Positions 8,745 to 18,940 are shown, counted from the stretch's first letter. The stretch: 64,000 nucleotides of DNA from Planctomycetota bacterium (GCA_041398665.1 JAWKUH010000006.1:130596-194595), one strand, 5' to 3'. The notes: generated by a model not told the origin, from the sequence alone. Numbers and translations are program-made.

Positions 8745-10913
8745 TCAGCGCTCCGTCGGGTCCTGCGAGAGGTAGCCCAGACTCTCCAGTTCGTCGCGGA
8801 GGTCGCTCGCGAGGTTGCCGAGGTCGGCGGGTTCCCGGTCCGGCGCGACGGCTCCGTCGACGACGTCCGCGACGCGACGTGCGAGCGCGTCGGGCCAGGA
8901 CGCGTCGGCGCTCCGGATCGGACGGAGCTCGTCGGGATCGGTCGCGAGGTCGAACGCGCGCCGCGGTGAGAGCGCGACGGGGTCGAGCATCAGCTTCGTC
9001 GCGCCGTCCGTCGCCGTGAGGCGGGCGTCGCGCCTCGCGCGGGCGAACGGAGCCGCGTCGTCGCCCGACGTCCACGACGTGAAGGCCAGCGCGTCGTCGC
9101 GCTCCTCGGCGAGGTCGCGACCGCGGAAGCTCGGCGGCGCCGCGACGCCGGCCAGGCCGAGGAGCGTCGGCGCGAGGTCGATCGTCGACGTCGCGTCGCG
9201 CCGCACGCCCGGCTCGACACCGGGGCCGCTCCAGAGCAGCGGCACGCGCGTCTGCGACTCGTACGCCGGACCGATGTGGCGGAACCAGTCGTGGTCGCCG
9301 AAGGCCTCGCCGTGGTCGCTCGTGAACAGGAGGTGCGAGTTGGCGCGCCAGCCCTTCGCGTCGAAGTCGCGCAGCCAGTCGCCGAAGGCGGCGTCGAAGT
9401 CGAGCATCTGCGCGCGGTAGAGCGCGAGGATCTCGCGCATCTCGGGCCGCGCGTAGTCGCCCGACATGCGCTCGAGCAGTTCGCTCTCGCTCGGTCCGTC
9501 CGCCGGGAGTCCGACGGCGACGCGCGACGCGTCGGACGGCTCGAGCGGGTCGTGCGTGAAGTACGTCTGCACGAACAGGAACGTCGGCCGACCGTCGTGG
9601 GCGTCGAGCACGGCTTGCGCGCGCCGCAGGCCGCTCGTGCGGCTCCGCGAACCCTGGACGTACGACTCGAAGCCCTGCGCCAGCCCGAAGGCCGACGACG
9701 TGTACGCGCCGTCCGTGACCGCGACGGTGCGGTAGCCGGCGTCGCGCAGACTCTCGGCGAGCGTCTCGACGCTCGCCGGGAGCGCCTGCGTCGAACTCTC
9801 CACCCGGTGCCCGCGCGGCAGCTGACTCGCGAAGAGCGACGCGTGCGACGGCAGCGTCCACGTCGCCGCGGACCACGAGTTCGCGAACTCGATCGACCCG
9901 CGGCGGAGGCGCTCGAGGTTCGCGAGGTCGAGGTCCCGCGGCGAGTCGGCGTAGCGTCGCTGGGTCGAGAGTCCGTCCGCGCGGAAGGTGTCGGCGAGGA
10001 AGACGACGAGGTTCGGTCGGTCGGGGTCGGTCGGCGGCTCGTCCGACGGCACGGGGCCGAGCATCGGCGCGGCGAACCCCGTGAGGGCGAACGACCCGCT
10101 CGTCTCGAAGCGCAGCGTCGCGCGCTCCGCGATCGGCGGGAGGTCGACGGAAGCGAAGTGGAAGCTGCCCGTCGGCGAGTCGTCGCCGGGGTCGACGGTG
10201 CGCGACCACACCGGTCGGCCGTCGAGCAGCACGCGGAACCGGACCTCGCCCTCGGCGACGGGGAGCGTCGAGAAGCAGCCGAACGAGAGTCGTCGTTCGC
10301 CGCCGGGAGCGATCGTCCGCGCCGTGCTCGTCCCGGGCAGTACGAGCATCCCCTCGCCCGCGTAGGGGCCGACGTCGACGCGCCACACGTCGTCGTCCGG
10401 TTCGCCCACCGGGACGGGGACGAGGTGCTCGATGCGGACCGGTCGCGGCTCGCCCTCCTCGAGCCGCACGAACAGCGCGTCGTCGTTGAAGGAGAACGTG
10501 CCTCTCGGCGCCGACGCGGGGTCGAAGGCGACGTCGCCGATGGCGAGCTGTGTCAGCGGTCGACCGTCGACGACGACGACCTGCTCGATCGGGGCGACGG
10601 CGCTCGTGCTCAGGTTCGGCAGGTGCCGCGGCGCGTAGAACCCGCCCTCGAGGGGCAGCGGCATCCAGGCGTCGTCGTCGTAGGCGACCGAGATCCAGGG
10701 GCGACCGCCGACCTCGACGAGTCGCACGACCGAGCGGTCGTGGCGCGCGATCTCGAGCGGGTACTCGACCTCGCCGTCGTCGAAGTCGGTCGCGAGGTGC
10801 ACGCGACCGGCGTCCGCATCGGGGAGCGCGCGCGGCGCTCCGCCGCAGCCCGCGAGCGACAGCACGACGGCGGTCGCGGCGAGCCGCCGGGTCTGTCGAG
10901 AGGGGCGCGACAT
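8745..10913 (-). CDS. Sulfatase-family lipoprotein (arylsulfatase / alkaline-phosphatase superfamily)
   Basis: Lipobox LSLAGCGG. Sulfatase signatures TWTLPSHASLFASQLP and LLFTSDHGEAFGDHDWF. Confidence 0.75.
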   Translation of the reverse strand: MSRPSRQTRRLAATAVVLSLAGCGGAPRALPDADAGRVHLATDFDDGEVEYPLEIARHDRSVVRLVEVGGRPWISVAYDDDAWMPLPLEGGFYAPRHLPNLSTSAVAPIEQVVVVDGRPLTQLAIGDVAFDPASAPRGTFSFNDDALFVRLEEGEPRPVRIEHLVPVPVGEPDDDVWRVDVGPYAGEGMLVLPGTSTARTIAPGGERRLSFGCFSTLPVAEGEVRFRVLLDGRPVWSRTVDPGDDSPTGSFHFASVDLPPIAERATLRFETSGSFALTGFAAPMLGPVPSDEPPTDPDRPNLVVFLADTFRADGLSTQRRYADSPRDLDLANLERLRRGSIEFANSWSAATWTLPSHASLFASQLPRGHRVESSTQALPASVETLAESLRDAGYRTVAVTDGAYTSSAFGLAQGFESYVQGSRSRTSGLRRAQAVLDAHDGRPTFLFVQTYFTHDPLEPSDASRVAVGLPADGPSESELLERMSGDYARPEMREILALYRAQMLDFDAAFGDWLRDFDAKGWRANSHLLFTSDHGEAFGDHDWFRHIGPAYESQTRVPLLWSGPGVEPGVRRDATSTIDLAPTLLGLAGVAAPPSFRGRDLAEERDDALAFTSWTSGDDAAPFARARRDARLTATDGATKLMLDPVALSPRRAFDLATDPDELRPIRSADASWPDALARRVADVVDGAVAPDREPADLGNLASDLRDELESLGYLSQDPTER

Positions 10914-11115
10914 GGAACAGCGTCGGCTGCGCGCCAGGGTAGCAGCTCGCGTCCGACGATCGCGCGGCGTCACCGACTCGTCCGCGCGATCGACGTCGGC
11001 GCGCGACCGCTGCGCGGGCCGACGTGCGTCGGAGCGGCGACGGAGCGCATTCGCTCAGGACTCTCTCGGGGTTCCCTCCGCGAGCGCCGCGCCGCGTGCG
11101 ACGTAGGTTCGGGCC

Positions 11116-12540
11116 ATGCAGCTCGTCGATCGCCGCGCGTTCCTGGCCCGATCCTCCGTCCTCGTCGCGACGCTCGCCGCCGGACGGCACCTCGTCCCGC
11201 GCGTGCCGCGCGCCGACGTCGAGGCCTTCTTCCGCGCCGTCGCCGCGGGCGACCTCGCCGAGGTCCGCGCGAGGCTCGCGGCGGCACCGGAACTGCTTGC
11301 AGCCGTCGACGAGCTCGGTCGCAGCGGGTTCGCCGTCGCGCTGCTCCGCGGCCGCGTCGAGGTGGCGGCGCACCTGCGGGCCGCCGGTCACGCGCCGGAT
11401 CTGCACGAAGCGGCGCTCGCACTCGACTGGGACCTGTTCGAGCGTCTCGCGACGGCGTCCCCGGGACGAGCTGACGCGCTGCACCCGATCGGCGGGACCG
11501 CGATGCACGCGGCGGCACTCGGGGGAGCGGGTCCCGCCATCTGGCACGTCTACGCCGCGCCGGCGCACCCGAACCCCGACCGGCCGAGCGACCGCGTCCC
11601 CTCGCCGCTGCGCGCGGCGTTCGAGTACGGCGACCTCGAGGTGGCCGAGCTCACCGCCGCCGCGCTGCTCGCCAACGGCGCCGACCCGAACGCGCGCGAG
11701 CCGCGCGGGGACGGCGCGCTCCACGCCGCGGCGCGCCGCGGTTCGACCGAGCTCGTCGAGCTGCTCGTGCGCGTCGGAGCGGACACGCGAGCGCGCGACG
11801 AGGACGGACTCGACGCGAAGGAAGCCGCGGAGCGCGCGGGGGCGAGCGCCGTCGTCGCCCTCCTCGAGCGCGCCGACGAGCTGCCGCGCGACCGCTCGAC
11901 CTCGCGTCGCGCACGCACGGTCGACGGCGAGTCCTACGCGCCGCCCTCGATCGACGACCTGCCCCTCGCGGAGCGGGGCAGGGTCGTCGGGAACGCCCAC
12001 CGCGACCTCGACGCGGTCCGTTCGGCGGTCGAACGAGAGGAACGCTTCGTCCACTCCGTCGCGACGACGACGGAGGGCGCGGTCGAGGCGGCGGCGCACA
12101 TGGGGCGCCGCGACATCGCCGAGTACCTCCTCGAGCGCGGCGCGCCGTGCTCCCTCCCGACGGCTGCGTCGCTCGCTCTGCGGGACCGCGTCGACGCGCT
12201 CCTCGCCGAGGATCCGCTGCGCGTGCACGAGCACGGTGCGCACCGCTATCCGCTCCTCTGGTACGCGGCGATCGGCGACGGCGGCGTCGGACTCGCCGAG
12301 CGCCTCGTCGCGGCGGGTGCGGACGTCGAGAGCCAGCACCACCTCGGGACGACGGCGCTCCACCTGGCGGCGCGCGACGGTCTGACGGACCTCGTCGCGT
12401 TCCTCCTCGAGCACGGCGGCGACCCGACCCGCGTCGGGAGACAGTTCCAGGGTCGGCGCGAGACGCCGATCGACCTGGCGCGGGCGCGCGGGAACGAGCG
12501 CGAGCTCGAACTGCTGGAGCGCGCCGCACGCGCGCGGTGA
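11116..12540 (+). CDS. Tat-exported ankyrin-repeat protein
   Basis: Twin-arginine motif RRAFLARSSVLVATLAAG. Repeated G-x-T/A-LH-AA...G-x-x-x-V-x-LL motifs (GTAMHAAALGG, GDGALHAAARRGSTELVELLV, GTTALHLAARDGLTDLVAFLLEHGGDP). Confidence 0.65.
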   Translation: MQLVDRRAFLARSSVLVATLAAGRHLVPRVPRADVEAFFRAVAAGDLAEVRARLAAAPELLAAVDELGRSGFAVALLRGRVEVAAHLRAAGHAPDLHEAALALDWDLFERLATASPGRADALHPIGGTAMHAAALGGAGPAIWHVYAAPAHPNPDRPSDRVPSPLRAAFEYGDLEVAELTAAALLANGADPNAREPRGDGALHAAARRGSTELVELLVRVGADTRARDEDGLDAKEAAERAGASAVVALLERADELPRDRSTSRRARTVDGESYAPPSIDDLPLAERGRVVGNAHRDLDAVRSAVEREERFVHSVATTTEGAVEAAAHMGRRDIAEYLLERGAPCSLPTAASLALRDRVDALLAEDPLRVHEHGAHRYPLLWYAAIGDGGVGLAERLVAAGADVESQHHLGTTALHLAARDGLTDLVAFLLEHGGDPTRVGRQFQGRRETPIDLARARGNERELELLERAARAR

Positions 12541-12580
12541 CGTTCCGCCTCACCGAAGGGCGCGCGGCTATCCTCGGGCG

Positions 12581-13465
12581 ATGGTGAGGTACCGCTTCGA
12601 CGACTTCGCGTTCGACCCGACGACGGGCGAGATCACGCGCGGCTCGGAACACGTCGCGCGCCTCGCGCCGCAGCCCGCGCGGTTGCTCGAACTCCTCGTC
12701 GAGCGCCGCGGCGAACTCCTCGGACGCGACGAGATCCGCGCCGCCCTGTGGTCCGACGTGCAGGTCGAGTTCGATCAGAGCCTCCACTTCTGCGTGCGCC
12801 AGGCGCGACAGGCGCTCGGCGACTCGGGTCGCGAGCCGCGGTACGTGCTCACGCTGCCGCGCCGGGGCTACCGCTTCGGCGCCGAGGTGGTGATCGAGGA
12901 CGAGCGCGAGGGCGTCCGCGATCCGGCGCCGCCGTCCGCGCACGAAGTCGACGCGAGCCGGGAGACCGCGCCGCCCGCGTCGTCGCGTCGCTCCGCGCGA
13001 CGGCTCGTGCTCGTCGCCGTCCCGCTGCTCGTCGCCGTGCTCGCCGCGGCCGCGTACCTCGTCGGACGCGAGGACGACGTCGTGCTCGCGATCCTCCCGT
13101 TCGAGGTCCCGCAGGCGTTCGCCGCGACCTTCGCGCCGGGCGTCGCGGACGTACCGACGTTGCTCGTCGACCGACTCGTTCGCGAGGAGCGTCTCGCCGT
13201 CGTCGGTCCCACGACGACCGAGGGGCTCGCGGTCGGACCCGCGCCGATCGCCGCGGTCGCCGCCGCGACGGGCGCCGCGTTCGTCGTCAACGCGCGCTTC
13301 GTCCGCGACCCGGAGAGCGGCGGACTCCTCGCGGAAGTCGTGCGCTCGACCGACGGCGTCCACGTGTGGACGCAGCTGTTCGGCCGCGACGCGCGACCGG
13401 AGGAGATCGCCGATGCCGTGGCCGCGGGGCTGCGCTCCGAGCTCCTCCACGGGGATCGGCGCTGA
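12581..13465 (+). CDS. Membrane-anchored CadC/ToxR-like transcriptional activator (OmpR-type winged-helix N-terminus, single TM, periplasmic C-domain)
   Basis: N-terminal trans_reg_C-like region (ARLLELLVERRGELLGRDEIRAALW, YVLTLPRRGYRF) followed by TM helix LVLVAVPLLVAVLAAAAYLV. Confidence 0.7.
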   Translation: MVRYRFDDFAFDPTTGEITRGSEHVARLAPQPARLLELLVERRGELLGRDEIRAALWSDVQVEFDQSLHFCVRQARQALGDSGREPRYVLTLPRRGYRFGAEVVIEDEREGVRDPAPPSAHEVDASRETAPPASSRRSARRLVLVAVPLLVAVLAAAAYLVGREDDVVLAILPFEVPQAFAATFAPGVADVPTLLVDRLVREERLAVVGPTTTEGLAVGPAPIAAVAAATGAAFVVNARFVRDPESGGLLAEVVRSTDGVHVWTQLFGRDARPEEIADAVAAGLRSELLHGDRR

Positions 13466-13618
13466 CCGGATTCTGCGCCCGAGACCGTGCTGCCGACGGA
13501 GGTTGCAGTTCCGTCACGAGGGTCCGTCAAGCGGCCCGTCCCCGCGCTCCGATAGGACCGAGCGGGAAGGTCCGGATCGACGCGCACGAGGCACGCGCGG
13601 ACGATCCATCGCGAGCGG

Positions 13619-16501
13619 GTGACGGAGGGGAGCATGCACCGGACCGAGTCTTGTCTCGGGCGGTCGGAGGGGGCGGACGCGTTCCGTGAGGAGCGCGTCG
13701 GAACGAAGATCGAAGGTCCTGGACGCGGGCGCGCGGCGCGCGCACTGGGAGCGGTCGCGCTGGCTCTGGCCGGGATCGCGGCGACGCTCAGCGGTTGCGG
13801 CGGCGGAGGCGGCGACTCGGGCGCGCTCACGGCGCAGCTCACCTCGTCCTGCATGCTCTGCCACAACGGCGCCTCGTCCGCGCCCTACGCCGGACCGGGC
13901 ATCGAGAACCCGCACCACTTCCCGGGCGCGGAGGACCTCGACTGCGCGGTCTGCCACGGCGGAAACCCGCACGGCGAGTCGAAGGAGGAGTCGCACGTCC
14001 CTCCGCCGCCGCAGATCGGCGACCGCGCGTTCCAGGACACGAACGCGCTGGCGTACTTCAACGCGCTCACGCTGACCGGCATCGACAAGTTCCCGAACTA
14101 CACCGTCGACGGCGTCACGTACACCGGCATCGACTATCTGCAGTTCAAGAACCCCGGCGACCTGCGCGTGACGACCAGCGGTCGCGGCTGCGGACAGTGC
14201 CACGCTCCGCACTCCGACGCGGTGTCGCACTCGATGCTCGCATCGTCCGCGGGCATCTTCTCGGGCGCGTCGTTCGCGATCGGTGCGGACAACGTCGTGC
14301 CGTCGCAGGTCGGGCTGTGGGAAGACACGGCCGCCGACCTCGGTTGGCGCGCGGCGAACGACCCGGCCTTCGACGTCGGGACCGCGGCCGTCGGCGAGGT
14401 CGGGAGTCTCGAGGAGTTCCCGGTCTTCAGCGTGCGCAACAGCACGACGCCTGGCGACATCCACAACAACGACGACTACCTCGTCGACGAGCTGCTCGAC
14501 GACCAGTACGCGGACGGGCGCGTCATCACCGACTCGCCGCTGCACAAGCTCTTCATGGAGCAGGTCGCGTTCACCTGCGGCGACTGCCACCTCGGGAGCC
14601 GCGGCGCGAACAACCGCACGGGCGACTACCGCAGCTCGGGCTGCACGGCCTGCCACATGCCCTACAGCCTCGGCGGCCGGAGCGGGAGCAAGGACCCGCA
14701 CGTCGACAAGACGGAGCCGCTCGATCCCGACGACATCGACGACCCCGAACAGCCGCACGTCGCCGCGCACCGGATCGTCAGCGTCTCGAAGACGCTCTCG
14801 AACGGAACGGTCGTGCAGGGCATGGGCGACCTCACGTGCGCCGGTTGCCACCAGGGCAGCAACCGCACGGTGATGCAGTACTGGGGCATCCGGCTCGACC
14901 AGAACCGCGACGTCCAACGCCACCGCCAGTACCCGGCGAACCCCGTGACGTTCCAGACGACGCAGAACGACACCAGGCTCTTCGACCCGGTGCTCGGGAA
15001 CCACGAGTTCAACGGTCGCGACCATCGTCAGTACCTCGCGAAGGAGGACTACGACGGCGACGGTCGCGACGACACGCCGCCCGACGTGCACCACGAGGCC
15101 GGCATGGGCTGCATCGACTGCCACGGCAGCGTCGACCTGCACGGCGGCGAGGTCGGCGACGGGCGCAACGAGATCCGGTCGCGCCAGGAACAGGGCGTCG
15201 CGATCCGCTGCGAGAACTGCCACGGCACGGCGGACGCGTACGCGCCGACCGTCGCGGGGACGAACTACGCCGGAGCGAGCGGACAGCACGCCGTCGACTC
15301 GCGCGGCAACGTCCTGCGCCACGTCCGTCGCGAGGGCGACGGGAACATGTACCTCTACAGCCGTCTCGACGGCGTGAAGCACTTCGTGCCGCAGACGTTC
15401 GACACGATCGTCGACCACGGCGTCGTCGACCCGATCGGCGGCGGACCGGTCTACAGCGAGGCCGCGTCCTACGCGATGGGACGCATCGACGGCTCGCCGA
15501 GCACCGGTATCGGTCCGCAGCAGAAGAACCACGCGGCGAACGGCTTCAGCCACACCGACAGGCTGGACTGCGCGACGTGCCACGCGTCGTGGACGAACAC
15601 CTGCATGGGCTGCCACCTCGAGGGCGAGTACGACCTCGGCAACAACTTCTCGAACATCACGGGCGAGCGCATCGTGTTCAAGCAGAGGTTCGCCGACTTC
15701 GTCTACCAGTCGCCGCTGATGTTCCAGCTCGGCGTCGACCACAACGGCGAGATCGCGCAGTTCAGCGCGAACACGAAGACGTTCTTCCGCTGGGACGACA
15801 AGGCGGACGCGAGGAGCGAGGTCTTCGCCTTCTCGAACCGCAACGGCGGCGGCAACTCGCCCGTGGCGAGCTTCCCGGCCCTGTCGCACAACGCGATGAT
15901 GGCGCACTCCATCCGCGGGCGCGTCGACGCCCAGAACGAGGGGCCGCGCTACTGCGTGGCGTGCCACCTCACGGACGAGGGCATGACGAACTTCGGCGCG
16001 GACTACGCGGCGTTCCGGACCGCGATCCAGACCGGCGACTACGGCAGCCTCGACTGGACGCTGCTCCAGTCGCACATCGGCAAGAACCCCGGCAACCAGC
16101 TGAACTCGCCGATGTTCGTGCACATGGTGGCCGGACTCGGTTCGGGCATGTTCCTGTTCGACGCGGGCGGTGCGCCGATCAACGACCTCGACATCGACAC
16201 CGCGCGGAAGCCGAACAACGTCGCTCCGAAGACGGTGTACGACCCGACCAAGGTCGTCTACGACCTCGACCGCATCGTCGACGAGTCGGGCCTCTCGTTC
16301 GCGTCGAACAACCACATGCTGCTGTCGCCCGGCATGGCGAACGCGACGCGCGACGGAGCGACCGACACGAACATGGCGGGCCCGCTCGGCGTGACGCTGC
16401 TCACGCTCCTGGCGGACCCCACGGGCGGTCTCGTGCTCGACTCGTGGTACGACGCGGACGGCCTGCCGCGAGGCAATGCGTCGGACTACGTCGGTCCGTA
16501 G
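13619..16501 (+). CDS. Large lipoprotein multiheme cytochrome c (11 CxxCH), outer-membrane cytochrome candidate
   Basis: 960 aa with lipobox ATLSGCGGGGG. CxxCH motifs CMLCH, CAVCH, CGQCH, CGDCH, CTACH, CAGCH, CIDCH, CENCH, CATCH, CMGCH, CVACH. The N-region before the lipobox is unusually long, so the true start may be an internal non-ATG codon. Confidence 0.8.
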   Translation: MTEGSMHRTESCLGRSEGADAFREERVGTKIEGPGRGRAARALGAVALALAGIAATLSGCGGGGGDSGALTAQLTSSCMLCHNGASSAPYAGPGIENPHHFPGAEDLDCAVCHGGNPHGESKEESHVPPPPQIGDRAFQDTNALAYFNALTLTGIDKFPNYTVDGVTYTGIDYLQFKNPGDLRVTTSGRGCGQCHAPHSDAVSHSMLASSAGIFSGASFAIGADNVVPSQVGLWEDTAADLGWRAANDPAFDVGTAAVGEVGSLEEFPVFSVRNSTTPGDIHNNDDYLVDELLDDQYADGRVITDSPLHKLFMEQVAFTCGDCHLGSRGANNRTGDYRSSGCTACHMPYSLGGRSGSKDPHVDKTEPLDPDDIDDPEQPHVAAHRIVSVSKTLSNGTVVQGMGDLTCAGCHQGSNRTVMQYWGIRLDQNRDVQRHRQYPANPVTFQTTQNDTRLFDPVLGNHEFNGRDHRQYLAKEDYDGDGRDDTPPDVHHEAGMGCIDCHGSVDLHGGEVGDGRNEIRSRQEQGVAIRCENCHGTADAYAPTVAGTNYAGASGQHAVDSRGNVLRHVRREGDGNMYLYSRLDGVKHFVPQTFDTIVDHGVVDPIGGGPVYSEAASYAMGRIDGSPSTGIGPQQKNHAANGFSHTDRLDCATCHASWTNTCMGCHLEGEYDLGNNFSNITGERIVFKQRFADFVYQSPLMFQLGVDHNGEIAQFSANTKTFFRWDDKADARSEVFAFSNRNGGGNSPVASFPALSHNAMMAHSIRGRVDAQNEGPRYCVACHLTDEGMTNFGADYAAFRTAIQTGDYGSLDWTLLQSHIGKNPGNQLNSPMFVHMVAGLGSGMFLFDAGGAPINDLDIDTARKPNNVAPKTVYDPTKVVYDLDRIVDESGLSFASNNHMLLSPGMANATRDGATDTNMAGPLGVTLLTLLADPTGGLVLDSWYDADGLPRGNASDYVGP

Positions 16502-16504
16502 GTC

Positions 16505-16625
16505 GCGCGGGACGAATCACAGGGAGCCGGGGCGGGCGGGGAGACGCCACGCGATCCGTCGCGTTCGACGCTCCCCGGCCTCCCCGGCTCCCTGTGATTC
16601 GCGTGGTCCGGCGCCGCAGCCGACG
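16505..16625. repeat. Intergenic repeat element copy A: 30-bp imperfect inverted repeat (gaatcacagggagccggggcgggcggggag / ctccccggcctccccggctccctgtgattc) plus conserved tail gtggtccggcgccgcagccg. Between convergent genes; probable bidirectional terminator.
   Basis: Arms at ~16514-16543 and ~16571-16600 with a 27-bp spacer. Same modules recur at ~41045-41215. Confidence 0.6.
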
Positions 16626-16639
16626 GACCAGCGGCGGAC

Positions 16640-18184
16640 TCAGTTGTGCAGCGACTCCGTGCGCTTCACGAGCAGGCCCTTGAGCCGGCCCATGACGTTG
16701 CTGTGGATCTGGCAGACGCGGCTCTCCGTGAGCGCCAGCATCTCGCCGATCTCGCGCATCGTGTGGCCGTACTGGTAGTACTGCTCGATGATGAAGCGCT
16801 CCTTGTGCGTGAGGGAGCGCGTGATGAACTTCATCAGGTCGCGGCGGTTGAGCTCGTGGACGGGGTCCACCGCGTCGTGGTCCTCGAGGACCTCGACCTT
16901 CTCGACCGCGCCGTCCTCGTCGTCGTCCCACTTCTCCGAGAGGGAGAACATGGCCTTCGCCTGGGACTCGTTGAGCTCCTTCGCGAGCTCGTCGTGCGTC
17001 ATGCCGAGCACTTTCGCGAGCTCGGAGTGGGTCGGCTCGCGCCCGAACTCGCCGGTGAGCTGCTGGAGCGCGCGTTCGATCCGGCTCCACTTGATGCGCA
17101 CGAGGCGCGGCACCCAGTCCTGCGAGCGCAGTTGGTCGAGGATCGAGCCGCGGATGCGGGTCGAGCAGTAGGTCTTGAACTTGATGCCGCGGTCCGGGTC
17201 GAAGCCGCGGATCGCGTCCATCAGTCCGAACTGCCCCGCGCTGACGAGGTCGTCCAGCTCGATCGACTTGGGCAGCGTCTGGAGCAGGCGCTCCGCGATG
17301 TAGCGCACGAGCGGGTAGTGGCGCTCGATCAGCTCGTTGCGCAGTCGCTCCAGCTCGGGCGACGTGATCTCGCGCTTGCGCGACGTGACCTCGGGCGAGT
17401 CCTTGGTGACGCCGAGCTCCTCGGCCATCTCGACCATGAGCCGATCGCTCTCGACCCGGTAGGCGTCCCACAGGTCGTCCGTCGAGACGTCCGCCATCTC
17501 GTCGTCCGGCGGTTCGACGTCGACGGAGTCGTCCTCCTCCTCGATCTCCTCGGCCTCCGCCTCGGAAGCCTCGAGTTCCTGGTCGACGGCCGCCTCGGCG
17601 TCCTCGTCGGTGCGCATGAGTTCGGCCGGTTCCGTGCGCTCCTCCGACCGCGACCTGGACGGCAGCGCGGCCTTGGCCTCCTTCGCCGGCTTCGCCGCGG
17701 CCTTCTTCGACGAGCCGGCCGCCTTCGTGGCGGCCCCCGACTTCGACGAACCGGTGGCGCCGGCGGCCTTCGTCGACTTCGCGGCGGCTCGGCCGCGGGC
17801 GCGCTCGGGCACGATCTCGTTGGTCTCCGTCAACTCGACCTCGGTCCTGCTCTTCGACTTCGTGTTCTTGGAAGCGGCGCTCGCCGACTTCTTCTTCGAG
17901 GACCCGGTCTTCGCCTTCGGCGCCGGCTTCGCGGACCCGGCGGCAGCCGACTTCGCAGGCTTCGACGCCTTCGAAGTCGCTTTCGCGGGTGCCTTCGCGC
18001 CGGCCTTCTTCGCGCCGGCGGAGCTCTTCGCGACCTTGCTCGCGGACTTGCTCGCCGAGCCCTTCGACGCCGCGTTCGACCTCGTGGTCGAGCCGCGCGA
18101 CGCGGTGCTCGGGGAAGCTTTGGTCGACCGCTTCTTCGAGCGATCGGCGGACGTGCTGCGGGCGGAAGAGCGCTCGGCGGCCAT
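16640..18184 (-). CDS. FliA/WhiG-family (sigma-28-like) RNA polymerase sigma factor with ~280-aa Lys/Ala/Ser-rich histone-H1-like N-terminal extension and acidic linker
   Basis: C-terminal half has FliA-type regions 2 and 4 (DLVSAGQFGLMDAIRGFDPDRGIKFKTYCSTRIRGSILDQLRSQDWVPR, TMREIGEMLALTESRVCQIHS). N-terminus is AK(S/P)-rich low complexity (AKKAGAKAPAKATSKASKPAK...) then EEIEEEDD. Confidence 0.8.
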   Translation of the reverse strand: MAAERSSARSTSADRSKKRSTKASPSTASRGSTTRSNAASKGSASKSASKVAKSSAGAKKAGAKAPAKATSKASKPAKSAAAGSAKPAPKAKTGSSKKKSASAASKNTKSKSRTEVELTETNEIVPERARGRAAAKSTKAAGATGSSKSGAATKAAGSSKKAAAKPAKEAKAALPSRSRSEERTEPAELMRTDEDAEAAVDQELEASEAEAEEIEEEDDSVDVEPPDDEMADVSTDDLWDAYRVESDRLMVEMAEELGVTKDSPEVTSRKREITSPELERLRNELIERHYPLVRYIAERLLQTLPKSIELDDLVSAGQFGLMDAIRGFDPDRGIKFKTYCSTRIRGSILDQLRSQDWVPRLVRIKWSRIERALQQLTGEFGREPTHSELAKVLGMTHDELAKELNESQAKAMFSLSEKWDDDEDGAVEKVEVLEDHDAVDPVHELNRRDLMKFITRSLTHKERFIIEQYYQYGHTMREIGEMLALTESRVCQIHSNVMGRLKGLLVKRTESLHN

Positions 18185-18265
18185 GGTGGATCCCGTCCCT
18201 GCGCGTTCGACCCTGAACCCGCGGGGACGTCAAGGATCGGGCATCCGCCGGAAAAACCTTCGGCC

Positions 18266-18775
18266 CTATTCGACGCGCAGGAGCGAATGGACGGGAATCG
18301 CGCCCAGTTTCCCCCGGCCGGGAAGGAAGGCCAGCTCGATCACGAACGAGCAGGCGACCGGTTCACCGCCGACCCGGCGGACGAGTTTGAGGCCGGCTTC
18401 CATCGTCCCGCCCGTCGCGAGCAGGTCGTCGACCATGAGCACGCGCTTGCCCTCGCAGGCGTCGACGTGGATCTCGATCGTGTCGGTGCCGTACTCGAGT
18501 TCGTACGACTCCGCCGCCGTCTTCCAGGGCAGCTTGCCGGGCTTGCGGATCGGCACGAATCCCTTGTCGAGCTGGCGCGCCAACGCCGTTCCGAAGATGA
18601 AGCCGCGCGACTCGATCCCGCACACGATGTCGTACGACGCGGGGTCGACCGACCTGGCCATGAGGTCGATCGTCGTGCGCAGACCCTCGGCGCTCTGGAG
18701 GAGCGGCGTGATGTCCTTGAAGACGATGCCGGGCTTCGGGAAGTCGGGGACGTCGCGGATGAACTTCTCGATCAC
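18266..18775 (-). CDS. apt: Adenine phosphoribosyltransferase
   Basis: 169 aa. PRPP-binding motif [16 protein letters not shown], typical APRT length and N-terminus. Confidence 0.9.
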   Translation of the reverse strand: MIEKFIRDVPDFPKPGIVFKDITPLLQSAEGLRTTIDLMARSVDPASYDIVCGIESRGFIFGTALARQLDKGFVPIRKPGKLPWKTAAESYELEYGTDTIEIHVDACEGKRVLMVDDLLATGGTMEAGLKLVRRVGGEPVACSFVIELAFLPGRGKLGAIPVHSLLRVE

Positions 18776-18940
18776 GATGGGGAGCTCGGTGGGGGGTCAG
18801 CGGGGAGCCGTCGCGGTCCGACGAGGGTAGCGGAAGCCGTCGTCCCGGGGCCCGACGAGCATCGGCTCGCGACGAGTCCGGACTCCACCGCCCCGGGCCC
18901 GCCGCCCTCGACGCGGCCCGGAGCGGGTCCGCCGACCGCG

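Noticed and set aside
6367-8775. ORFs 6341..8734+ (797 aa) and 6754..8775+ (673 aa) overlapping the OMP gene
   Set aside because: Only the last 225 codons of 6341..8734 (from ATG 8057) are protein-like, giving the heptaheme lipoprotein. The upstream parts are Arg/Gly-rich off-frame reads of the OMP gene.
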